A DNA stretch of 26,483 nucleotides from a virus (lineage: Duplodnaviria > Caudoviricetes): positions 1 to 26,483 of the IMG/VR virus record IMGVR_UViG_3300050015_000092; one strand, 5' to 3'. This document shows positions 1-7,841 of the stretch, piece after piece. The notes under the pieces are model-generated. The model was not told where the DNA came from. It worked only from the letters and a program-made list of their open reading frames with translations, and did not search any database. Position 1 is the stretch's first letter. Every line of letters starts with the position of its first letter. The position numbers and the translations under genes were made by a program.

Positions 1-13
1 TTATGACCAACTC

Positions 14-42
14 ACAAACAAAGGAGAGCAAGTAATGAGTAA
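14..42 (+). repeat. Gene-junction direct repeat, copy 1 (26/29 identical to 731-759)
   Basis: acaaacaaaggagagcaagtaatgagtaa versus acaaacaaagaagagcgaataatgagtaa; both contain a TAATG stop/start overlap. Confidence 0.8.
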
Positions 43-304
43 AAAATCTGATGAGTTTATCCAAAGAAACTGGATTGGGACTGTGCCAACTAAGACCGAA
101 ACTATGGGTATGGCTGAGTCTATCCAAGACCAGAAAAGAGTATCACAAAAAGAACCTATTTTTGAAGTTACTGTCAAGATGAAAAATGGAGAAGAGATGG
201 ACATTAACCCAGTCGTGAATATAACTATTGATAATACTTATCACGAATACGACTTTGACCCAAGAGAAATTGAGTCGATAACATTTAAAGAGGTAGAGTT
301 ATGA
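35..304 (+). CDS. Hypothetical phage protein (89 aa)
   Basis: AAGGAG upstream, TAATG overlap at the start, ATGA overlap with the next gene. Confidence 0.8.
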   Translation: MSKKSDEFIQRNWIGTVPTKTETMGMAESIQDQKRVSQKEPIFEVTVKMKNGEEMDINPVVNITIDNTYHEYDFDPREIESITFKEVEL

Positions 305-321
305 GTATCCAAGACCAGAAA
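121..321 (+). repeat. 16-bp exact direct repeat tatccaagaccagaaa (121-136 and 306-321), in the SIQDQK peptide of two adjacent genes
   Basis: Seen directly in both DNA and translations. Confidence 0.8.
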
Positions 322-717
322 GCAATGAGTGAAATGGCTACTGTAGTAGAACAGTTAGCAGATATTGAGCATCAACGCTGGTCGGATTGGCAGAAATGGT
401 GTAACCAAGTATTGCGAGAAAATAACTCATCACCAGAGCAAGGCGACATCTTAGAACGCTGGGATAGACAGATAGAAACACCTTACTCGGAACTATCTGA
501 ATCCGAAAAAGAATCAGACCGAGAACAAGTCAGACGATACTTGCCTATAATCCTCGCCCTAAAGGAACGCTGGACTAGAGAGGCACGACTTGACGAGCTG
601 AAAATGCTTATACCAAAACCAGTAGCAGAAATGATAAGCATGGATTACCAAGACGAACTTTATAGAACATTTGACGGCATTAGAGACCGTGTCGCTCAAC
701 TTGGAGGTAAAGAATAA
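301..717 (+). CDS. RyR-domain-like phage protein (138 aa)
   Basis: Motifs EQLADIEHQRW and PYSELSESEKESDR resemble the RyR repeat consensus (LAxxEHxRW...PYxxLxxxEKxxDR); GAGGT upstream. Confidence 0.65.
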   Translation: MSIQDQKAMSEMATVVEQLADIEHQRWSDWQKWCNQVLRENNSSPEQGDILERWDRQIETPYSELSESEKESDREQVRRYLPIILALKERWTREARLDELKMLIPKPVAEMISMDYQDELYRTFDGIRDRVAQLGGKE

Positions 718-752
718 TGACTTTTAACGAACAAACAAAGAAGAGCGAATAA
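717..752 (+). CDS. 11-codon minigene MTFNEQTKKSE, coupled on both sides
   Basis: GGAGGT at 703-708; ATG 717 overlaps the upstream TAA; its own TAA (750-752) overlaps the ATG at 752. Confidence 0.5.
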   Translation: MTFNEQTKKSE

Positions 753-759
753 TGAGTAA
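731..759 (+). repeat. Gene-junction direct repeat, copy 2
   Basis: 26/29 identity to 14-42. Confidence 0.8.
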
Positions 760-946
760 GATTAAATATCCACAGGATTGGATGGGCGTAAGTAGCTTAG
801 GTCTGATTGTCAACTTTGGAGAACTGACCAAATTATGTAAGGCTAACGGATTAGACGCTGGTAACATATCTTATATCGTTGACGCAATCAACACTACGAC
901 CTTGCGAATTATAGACGAAATCGCCACCGATAAGGAGCAACTGTAA
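752..946 (+). CDS. Hypothetical phage protein (64 aa)
   Basis: ORF within a tightly coupled + strand gene string. Confidence 0.7.
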   Translation: MSKIKYPQDWMGVSSLGLIVNFGELTKLCKANGLDAGNISYIVDAINTTTLRIIDEIATDKEQL

Positions 947-948
947 TT

Positions 949-1116
949 ATGTTAGACATAGCAATGGATTCATTGGCCAACTTGGCGAAGATACCGTTAA
1001 TAACTCTTAGTTGGTTAATTGGTGCGGTACTTTACTGTGCTATCGTGGCGGCACTACTGTTACCTTGGTTGATTTTACTGTATGTCATCGCACTGATGTT
1101 CGGGTACCACCTATGA
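949..1116 (+). CDS. Small hydrophobic membrane protein (55 aa), not in the ORF track
   Basis: MLDIAMDSLANLAKIPLITLSWLIGAVLYCAIVAALLLPWLILLYVIALMFGYHL. AAGGAG upstream; starts 2 nt after the previous stop; its TGA overlaps the recA-like ATG (ATGA 1113-1116). Confidence 0.75.
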   Translation: MLDIAMDSLANLAKIPLITLSWLIGAVLYCAIVAALLLPWLILLYVIALMFGYHL

Positions 1117-2171
1117 AAAAGAATTGTGAAAACTGTGGCACTAAGTTTGAAGCGAAACGGAAGACGGCTCGTTTTTGTACGGATAAGTGTCGTAAGGCGT
1201 TTGAGCGTAAACCGGGGTTAGTTGGTACGGTTGTTGAGGCACCATGTGATATCACCCATTCCGAATTTGTCCCATCGAACCAAAAGTTAGTTTCACCAGT
1301 TAAAATTAACAAAGTAGATGCTAACCCCGCCAGCGATCGTATGATTGCCACTGCCAAACGGTTAGGCATTACGATTGAAGAAGCCCAGAGTCGAATGGCA
1401 GGGTTTGAGAAGATGGGGTTGTCAGTTGTCAAGTGGATTACGACTGGCATTCCGGAACTGGATAAGTTTCAACAGATTCCCCGCGGTCGTGTTACGCAGA
1501 TTCAGGGACCATATGCCGTTGGGAAAACCACTTTGGCGCTGAATATGATTCGTGGTTTGGCGGATAAGAAAGTGTTTTATGTGGACTCCGAGGCGGCGTT
1601 GAACCCAGAGTTGTTGTTTGAGTTGGGGCTTAGCAATAAAAATTTTCACTTGTACAACGAATCGGCTTTCATTGAGGATATGTACGAACAGGTTGTGACG
1701 GCAGCGCGTAGTGGTATTTACGATATGATTATCCTCGATTCCTTGGCGGCCTGTACGACACGCACAGAGGACGCAGGAGACGCCACAGCCAGCAATATTG
1801 GTCAGAAGGCTAAGATTGTCAACAAACTCATGAGAATCGTTCCTATGGACCTTAAAAACAATGACACTGCCTTGGTTATTATCAATCAGGAACGCGATGT
1901 TATCGGTTCATATGTACCCCAGAAATATACACCCGGTGGAATGGGACCGGTTTATGCGGCCAGTTTAATTTTACAGTTGAAAACTATTCCATCGTGGCGG
2001 TTCCCGAAGGATGCCAAGAATGGCGCCTACAAAGGCCATGAGATTCAGGTTACAGTTATGAAATCTAAAGTGTCGCAACCACATCGGAAGGCGATGATAA
2101 AACTTTATTACTTGAACCCTGATGCTGATGTTAAAGTGGTGGACGAATCGGTAACCGTTGAGGAGTTTTAG
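1113..2171 (+). CDS. recA: RecA/UvsX-like recombinase with N-terminal Cys4 zinc finger (352 aa from ATG 1113)
   Basis: IPRGRVTQIQGPYAVGKTT (Walker A), YVDSEAAL (catalytic Glu), IILDSLAA (Walker B), IINQER, TPGG, KSKVSQP. N-terminal CENCG...FCTDKCR. Start reassigned from 1011 because of the ATGA overlap. Confidence 0.9.
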   Translation: MKKNCENCGTKFEAKRKTARFCTDKCRKAFERKPGLVGTVVEAPCDITHSEFVPSNQKLVSPVKINKVDANPASDRMIATAKRLGITIEEAQSRMAGFEKMGLSVVKWITTGIPELDKFQQIPRGRVTQIQGPYAVGKTTLALNMIRGLADKKVFYVDSEAALNPELLFELGLSNKNFHLYNESAFIEDMYEQVVTAARSGIYDMIILDSLAACTTRTEDAGDATASNIGQKAKIVNKLMRIVPMDLKNNDTALVIINQERDVIGSYVPQKYTPGGMGPVYAASLILQLKTIPSWRFPKDAKNGAYKGHEIQVTVMKSKVSQPHRKAMIKLYYLNPDADVKVVDESVTVEEF

Positions 2172-2501
2172 ATGCCGCAAAAGCATCGAGTCTATACCCA
2201 TGGCGAACGTGTTAACGTTTGGATTCCAAAACGCCATATTAAACTATGGAACGAATTAGAAAACAAGTCTGCCTTTGTACAGATTGCACTCGATGATGCA
2301 ATTGGTATAATGACATGGGCATTACTTCGCAAAAGAAATCCTGAAAAGTATAAACGACCGATTGACAGTCATAAAGTTGAAGAGGTTATGCCAACATTCA
2401 ACGAAGAATTCCCACTCGATCCACTAACGAACAAACGATTAGGAAAGGAACAGACACAAACATGGCCGAAAAACTCAGTGAAGAAACCAGAGCTCTGGTA
2501 A
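2172..2501 (+). CDS. Putative DNA-binding protein (ribbon-helix-helix-like) in the terminase small subunit position
   Basis: RVNVWIP beta strand followed by two predicted helices (NKSAFVQIAL); GAGGAG SD; immediately upstream of TerL. Confidence 0.5.
   Translation: MPQKHRVYTHGERVNVWIPKRHIKLWNELENKSAFVQIALDDAIGIMTWALLRKRNPEKYKRPIDSHKVEEVMPTFNEEFPLDPLTNKRLGKEQTQTWPKNSVKKPELW
2284..2311 (+). promoter_or_regulatory. Sigma70-type promoter upstream of terL (TTGCAC-16-TATAAT, extended TG)
   Basis: TGGTATAAT at 2303-2311, TTGCAC at 2284-2289. Confidence 0.55.
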
Positions 2502-4438
2502 GAAGTCGAATCCCGAATTATGAAAATTTAACACCTGATGAACAGGCTGATGAAGCCATTAAGGTGATGGCGAAAGATTTTAACATTTATCGCGAACGTA
2601 ATTTGATGATTCAGGATAAAGTTTCGTCGCAGATTATTCCGTTTGAGTTGAACTGGGCGCAGAAATTATTGGTTGATATTGTGCTGAAGGACTTGGAAGC
2701 GGGCGTGCCGGTACGATATATCGTATTGAAAGCTCGCCAGATGGGGTTATCGACCATCATCGAGGCTCTTTGTTACTGGTGGACCACTACCCATCGGCAT
2801 GCTCGCTCGCTTATTATGGCGCATGAATCGACGTCCGCGGAAACCTTGTATGAAATGTTTCGTCGTTATTATGATTTTTCGAACTCCATGTTTCAGCCGG
2901 ATAAGAAGTATAACACCCGAAAAGATATTGTGTTTGACGTTGAAGATAATGTAAAAGCCGAATGGAAAAAGCATATCGATGCCTGTGAAAGCCCGGAATC
3001 GTGCGGCGTATCGCATAAACCATTGGGGTTAGACAGCAGTATTAAGACCATGGTTGCCAAAGATGGCAAGGGTCGTTCACTTATGATTACGTTTTTCCAT
3101 GGATCCGAGGTTGCCTTTTGGGAAGTTAAAGCCGATGTTGTATCGTCAGCTATTCAAGCGATTCCTATGGCGGCCAATACGTTTGGATTTTTGGAGAGTA
3201 CCGCGAATGGTGTTGGTGGTTATTTTTACGATGAGTGGCAGAATGCTGTAACTGGTGAGGGTGCATTTAAACCGTTGTTTTTTGCCTGGCACGAACATAG
3301 TGAATATGAATTACCGTGTGTCATGCCGATCGCTGATTACACTGAAGAGGAATTAAAGTTGTTTGATATTTTTCGCGAAAAGGGTTATGACCGCGATTCG
3401 TGGGACCGTAAAGTTTTGTGGCGTCGGGCAAAGAAGAAAGAGTTTCGTTATGATCCGAAGAAGTTTTATCAGGAATATCCAGCCACAGACATGGAAGCGT
3501 TCCTAGCATCTGGTCGCCCAGTCTTTGACCTTGAGATGTTGCGTAAAATGGAACAGTATGCCAAGAAACACTCTAATCATCGGTTTGGGCAAATTGTGCC
3601 GGACGGCACTAATATCGGTTCGAAGAACTACATATTCGAAGAGATTGCAACAATATCTGAAGGTAGTGATCCATCACCACTCAAACTTTGGGACTTGCCC
3701 GAACCAGGTGAAAAGTTTGTTATTGGTGTCGATGTGTCGGAAGGTAAAATTGAACAGACTACAACAGGTAAAGAAAATGACTATTCTGTAATTGACGTGA
3801 CACGTGTCAGAGATTTGAAAACTGTTGCACGTTGGCGCGGCCATATCGATCCCGATTTACTTGGCGGTGTTACTTATGCTATTGGTACATTTTATAACAC
3901 TGCTTTGGTGGCTGTGGAAATTAATAACCATGGTTTGACAGTAGTCCAGAGTTTACGAAATAAATTTTATCGTAACCTTTATAAACGGGAGACCAGCGAA
4001 GAGAACCAATTCCAAGAACGAACGGCTTTGATGGGTTGGCGCACTGACAGAAAAACTAAAAAGGTCATCATTAATAATCTAGTGCATGCAATCCGTGATA
4101 GTGATATACTTGATTTAGACATTCTCTTTATACGCGAATGCATGACTTACGTCAAAGATGACCAAGGTTTCACAAACGCGCAAGAGGGTCGATTCGACGA
4201 TACAGTTATGGCCAAAGCAATCGCTTTAAAAATGACTGACTTCGATGAAATGGATTCCGCTACATTAAGAGACAATATTAGTAAACCAATAAAGAGAAAT
4301 AAAAATGCCTCCAACACAAACGCCAACAACGAACTCGACTCCATCGCCAACCCAACCGGCATCCGACCAAGCCACTCAAATTCCGAAGCAGTCGCCCGAA
4401 GAAGAGATGCAAGAGCTCGGCACCGTCGCGGAAGGTAG
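2462..4438 (+). CDS. terL: Terminase large subunit
   Basis: VLKARQMGLST Walker A, FHGSEVAFW Walker B, ESTANG coupling motif, RNase H-like nuclease motifs IGVDVSEG, EINNHG and FDDTVMA. Confidence 0.95.
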   Translation: MAEKLSEETRALVRSRIPNYENLTPDEQADEAIKVMAKDFNIYRERNLMIQDKVSSQIIPFELNWAQKLLVDIVLKDLEAGVPVRYIVLKARQMGLSTIIEALCYWWTTTHRHARSLIMAHESTSAETLYEMFRRYYDFSNSMFQPDKKYNTRKDIVFDVEDNVKAEWKKHIDACESPESCGVSHKPLGLDSSIKTMVAKDGKGRSLMITFFHGSEVAFWEVKADVVSSAIQAIPMAANTFGFLESTANGVGGYFYDEWQNAVTGEGAFKPLFFAWHEHSEYELPCVMPIADYTEEELKLFDIFREKGYDRDSWDRKVLWRRAKKKEFRYDPKKFYQEYPATDMEAFLASGRPVFDLEMLRKMEQYAKKHSNHRFGQIVPDGTNIGSKNYIFEEIATISEGSDPSPLKLWDLPEPGEKFVIGVDVSEGKIEQTTTGKENDYSVIDVTRVRDLKTVARWRGHIDPDLLGGVTYAIGTFYNTALVAVEINNHGLTVVQSLRNKFYRNLYKRETSEENQFQERTALMGWRTDRKTKKVIINNLVHAIRDSDILDLDILFIRECMTYVKDDQGFTNAQEGRFDDTVMAKAIALKMTDFDEMDSATLRDNISKPIKRNKNASNTNANNELDSIANPTGIRPSHSNSEAVARRRDARARHRRGR

Positions 4439-6446
4439 TGCAAGTGAACTGACGCTTGAAAAAGCGTTGAAGATGTATGACGCGGCTAAAAAGTATACCT
4501 CTACTGGACTTCGAACCAACTGGGACAATTATTTCAAGGTTTATAAGGGCGAACGTGTTGTTCGTAATTATGAGGGTATTTCGGACCCTAATATTCGCGA
4601 GTCACACACCATTATTGAGACTTTAGTCGCCAATATTGCTGGTGGTAACCCATCGTTCCACTTTGTTGCAACCAATGAAGAACAAACTGGCGATACTGAA
4701 ATATTGAACGGTATGCTCGATTATTATATGCAGTGCAATCACATGGGATTGAAAAATCAAGAGTGGGTTCGCGACATGTTGCTTTATGGTACCGGTATTC
4801 TTCACGTTACTTGGCGCGATGGTAAACCATTCATCGAAAACATTCCACTTCGTGATTTCTTCGTCGATCCAACTGCTACTGGTATGGTTGATACGACCAA
4901 CCCAGCTCGTTATGCCGGATTCGAATACTTGGCTGATAAAGAAGTCCTAAAACAACAGATGATATATAGTGCCAAAGAAAATAAAATGGTGCCTAAGTAT
5001 AAAAACTTGGACATAATCGGGGTTGATACTACAGTCAACCAGGGCGGTCAAGCTGATGGTGATCATGGTTCAATGGATAAGGCGTTCAAGGATATGTTCA
5101 ACGGTTCAACTCTTGGAGAAGATGCTGTTGATTCTCAGGTCCGAGTTATTATCATTTATGATCTAATTAGTGAAAAAATTGTTGAAATTGGCAATAAAAA
5201 AGCGTTTATTTACTACGAAGACAGTCACTTGCAACGTGAGGCGTCTGAATTACCTGGCGAACCAGTCGAAGTTGAAGGCGAATCAATTCCTACGACTAAA
5301 AATCTTGATGAAATTGAACCATTCTTGCCGTTTGCTGTACTTCGTGACTACGTTGACACGTCATTATTCTATGGTGAAGGTGAAATGGCCATCATCATGG
5401 GTGACGCCGAACTGTTGAACGACTATGAATCAATGGATATTGACAATAATGCCTACCAAAATACTCCGATGTACTGGATTGACCCACAGTTTGCTGATTT
5501 GGCACCTGAAATTGAGACAATCCCGGGTGCGGTATATCCAATACCGCGTAATGCGATGGGCGCTTTGGAACGACCACAATTATCTGGTGATTTGGATAAC
5601 AAGAAACAACGTATTCAGGAACGTATGCGTGCCGCTACGGCTGCAGACGAGGCCGTACAAGGCATCGCAGCCGGGAATAGTCGTACAACTGCCACTGAAG
5701 TCTCTACGCAGATTGGACAGGCTCAAAACCGCTTTTCAACTAAGACTTCTAACCTTGAAAACGAAGGTTATGCTCAATTGGCTGAAATCATCTACAAAAT
5801 GGTGCAGATTTTCGTTACGCGAACCACTGCTATGCGTATTGTTGGTAAAAACGGTACTGAGTTTAAAGATTACGATCCATATGAATTTAATGGCAAATGG
5901 GAACCACACGTTGAACTTGATACGACTATTAAACGAAAACTTATGGAAGTCGGTCAAAAGGACAACCAAGTTTACTTGCAACTATCAGAAGATCCACATG
6001 GTGTATTCGATCCGATAGAAGTCAAACGATTTATCGTTCAACATATTGATCCATCTGTTACTGATGAACGGTTTAATAAGATGCTTGCTCAACCTACACC
6101 ACCACAACCGAACGAAGGTGAGATGAAGATGCAAGCCGATCAAGCAAAGGCTGAATTGGCCGCGGTCGCTGAGATATATCGATGGGCTACTCCATTTGTC
6201 CAGTCACAGATTGAAACAATTCTCCATATGCAACCAGATCCTCAACATGAGATCGATGAAAACCACAATGCCGTCAAGATTGGTGCTGAACAGGCTGACT
6301 TATTGAACCCTCAAACTGATTCTAAGGGTAATCAGGACCCAAGTGTCCCTGCGTTGCCACCACCGGTTGACCCTAATGCGCAGACACCTGATGGTATGAG
6401 TGCGGCTCCTGCTGGAACCGGCGATGCCACTCCAGTTAGTGCTTGA
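4305..6446 (+). CDS. Portal protein (P22/podovirus-like, 713 aa)
   Basis: Position after TerL, size, and motifs DMLLYGTG, DFFVDP, FYGEG and RTTATEV. Disordered N- and C-termini. The start could alternatively be the downstream Met at 4407. Confidence 0.88.
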   Translation: MPPTQTPTTNSTPSPTQPASDQATQIPKQSPEEEMQELGTVAEGSASELTLEKALKMYDAAKKYTSTGLRTNWDNYFKVYKGERVVRNYEGISDPNIRESHTIIETLVANIAGGNPSFHFVATNEEQTGDTEILNGMLDYYMQCNHMGLKNQEWVRDMLLYGTGILHVTWRDGKPFIENIPLRDFFVDPTATGMVDTTNPARYAGFEYLADKEVLKQQMIYSAKENKMVPKYKNLDIIGVDTTVNQGGQADGDHGSMDKAFKDMFNGSTLGEDAVDSQVRVIIIYDLISEKIVEIGNKKAFIYYEDSHLQREASELPGEPVEVEGESIPTTKNLDEIEPFLPFAVLRDYVDTSLFYGEGEMAIIMGDAELLNDYESMDIDNNAYQNTPMYWIDPQFADLAPEIETIPGAVYPIPRNAMGALERPQLSGDLDNKKQRIQERMRAATAADEAVQGIAAGNSRTTATEVSTQIGQAQNRFSTKTSNLENEGYAQLAEIIYKMVQIFVTRTTAMRIVGKNGTEFKDYDPYEFNGKWEPHVELDTTIKRKLMEVGQKDNQVYLQLSEDPHGVFDPIEVKRFIVQHIDPSVTDERFNKMLAQPTPPQPNEGEMKMQADQAKAELAAVAEIYRWATPFVQSQIETILHMQPDPQHEIDENHNAVKIGAEQADLLNPQTDSKGNQDPSVPALPPPVDPNAQTPDGMSAAPAGTGDATPVSA

Positions 6447-6471
6447 CATATTGGTTATAGTTTGGTACAGT
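6443..6471 (+). promoter_or_regulatory. Sigma70 promoter TTGACA-17-TACAGT with extended TG
   Basis: Perfect -35 at 6443-6448, -10 at 6466-6471, AAGGAG and ATG 6497 downstream. Confidence 0.7.
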
Positions 6472-6496
6472 AAACCCATTAAAAAAGGAGCAAACC

Positions 6497-6916
6497 ATGT
6501 CAGATTTACCAGAACCAGGTGAAGTACAAACGGACGAAGTAGATAATCGCACTCGATTGCAAAAGAAAAAGGAAGTTCATCAATTAGCTGCTAAAAATCG
6601 GGCCGATGCTCAGAATACTTTGAAGATTTCCTATAAAAAGATTCGTGAAGAACCGGCGTTTGCTGATATTTTGGTGAAGGCCCAAGGTCTACATGATTTA
6701 CATTTGCGTTTGGCTAAAGATGGTGTTGGTTATCAGAATACTGGCAAGATGGATGCTAATGGTAACCCGGAACAGGCTACTGTATTTTTTACACATGAAA
6801 AACGTGTTACGGAACTTGATAAGGCTGCCGGTATTGAAGAATTGACGGACTATATCAAACGTCAAACGTCGGATGAAAATATTACGCCGGTTGCCCCGAA
6901 AAAAATCGTTAGTTGA
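6497..6916 (+). CDS. Hypothetical protein between portal and scaffold (139 aa)
   Basis: AAGGAG SD; occupies a slot commonly filled by a small protein in podovirus head modules. Confidence 0.8.
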   Translation: MSDLPEPGEVQTDEVDNRTRLQKKKEVHQLAAKNRADAQNTLKISYKKIREEPAFADILVKAQGLHDLHLRLAKDGVGYQNTGKMDANGNPEQATVFFTHEKRVTELDKAAGIEELTDYIKRQTSDENITPVAPKKIVS

Positions 6917-6942
6917 TTTTGTATTTCCTTTGGTGGTATAGT
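6913..6942 (+). promoter_or_regulatory. Sigma70-type promoter for scaffold/capsid (TTGATT-18-TATAGT, extended TG)
   Basis: TGGTATAGT at 6934-6942 in the intergenic region. Confidence 0.6.
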
Positions 6943-6998
6943 TGTAGCATAACTGCATTAGCAGTTTGCAAATTCAAACACATAAAGGAGAAAGACAG

Positions 6999-7808
6999 AT
7001 GGAAGACGATTCCACAACCGACGCAGCGAATAACCAGTCTGATAGTGCCGCAAGCACTGCAACCAGCACTGACTCGGCCGCTTCGACGGAACAACAGACC
7101 GCCGACACAGGCGATAACCTGGACACATCTAAATCAACCGATGATTCGGCTGGTGGCGATAAGTCAACAGACGATAGTGGGGATGATAAGGCTCCAACTA
7201 CATTCGACACCGATCTTGATGATTGGGCTGAAAAACGCAATGGTGCTAAACCCACCACCGATGTAGAGCGTCAAGCTTTGCAGGAATTGCGTGATAAGCA
7301 GCGGGAATATACTCGCAACCAACAGTCAAAAGATGCAAATAAGGAAATTTCTAAATCCATTAAGGATGTGAAATTGCCTGATGGTGCTGATCAGGATGAT
7401 GACACTTTTGAGGATCCAGTCACTAAAAGGCAGGATGCGATTGAAGCTCAGTTGGCAGAAGAGAGAAATCTCAGAGTGCGATCCGAGTATTTTACTGATA
7501 AAGGTGTTACGATGGAGGAATCAAAGGTAATGGGTGAAATCTTGAAAGAGAAGGTAGCCAAGGGCGGCAAGTCTGCACTTGATTATTGGACCAATCCGGA
7601 CAACCTAGAAGATTGGCATTCTTTGGCGCAAGCCAGATTAATGAAATCTACCGATAATTCAGCCGTTGCCGATGCAGCTGCTCAAAAAGAGCGTGAGAGA
7701 ATTGCTAAAGAGAGTAAAGCAAATGGTCCGTCCAGGAATGCTTCTACCACTAGCACCTCTGACAAGTCCGAGGAAGCAAAGCGATTAGAGAGATTCACAA
7801 ACTGGTAG
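6999..7808 (+). CDS. Capsid scaffolding protein (269 aa from ATG 6999)
   Basis: Acidic D/S/T low-complexity N-terminus, coiled coils, directly upstream of the capsid gene; AAGGAG at 6985-6990 fixes the start. Confidence 0.8.
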   Translation: MEDDSTTDAANNQSDSAASTATSTDSAASTEQQTADTGDNLDTSKSTDDSAGGDKSTDDSGDDKAPTTFDTDLDDWAEKRNGAKPTTDVERQALQELRDKQREYTRNQQSKDANKEISKSIKDVKLPDGADQDDDTFEDPVTKRQDAIEAQLAEERNLRVRSEYFTDKGVTMEESKVMGEILKEKVAKGGKSALDYWTNPDNLEDWHSLAQARLMKSTDNSAVADAAAQKERERIAKESKANGPSRNASTTSTSDKSEEAKRLERFTNW

Positions 7809-7841
7809 GCCTCTAATATTTAAGAAAGTGCAAAAAATAAA

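Noticed and set aside
1011-1112. N-terminal extension of the RecA ORF from TTG 1011
   Set aside because: The region is better explained by the 55-aa membrane ORF 949-1116, whose ATGA overlap marks ATG 1113 as the start.
5425-6018. 197-aa alternative-frame ORF inside the portal, and other nested or antisense ORFs in the track
   Set aside because: Shadow frames of well-supported genes, with no RBS or recognisable motifs.
6913-6998. TTG starts at 6913 and 6966
   Set aside because: They overlap the promoter region; AAGGAG points to ATG 6999 for the scaffold.
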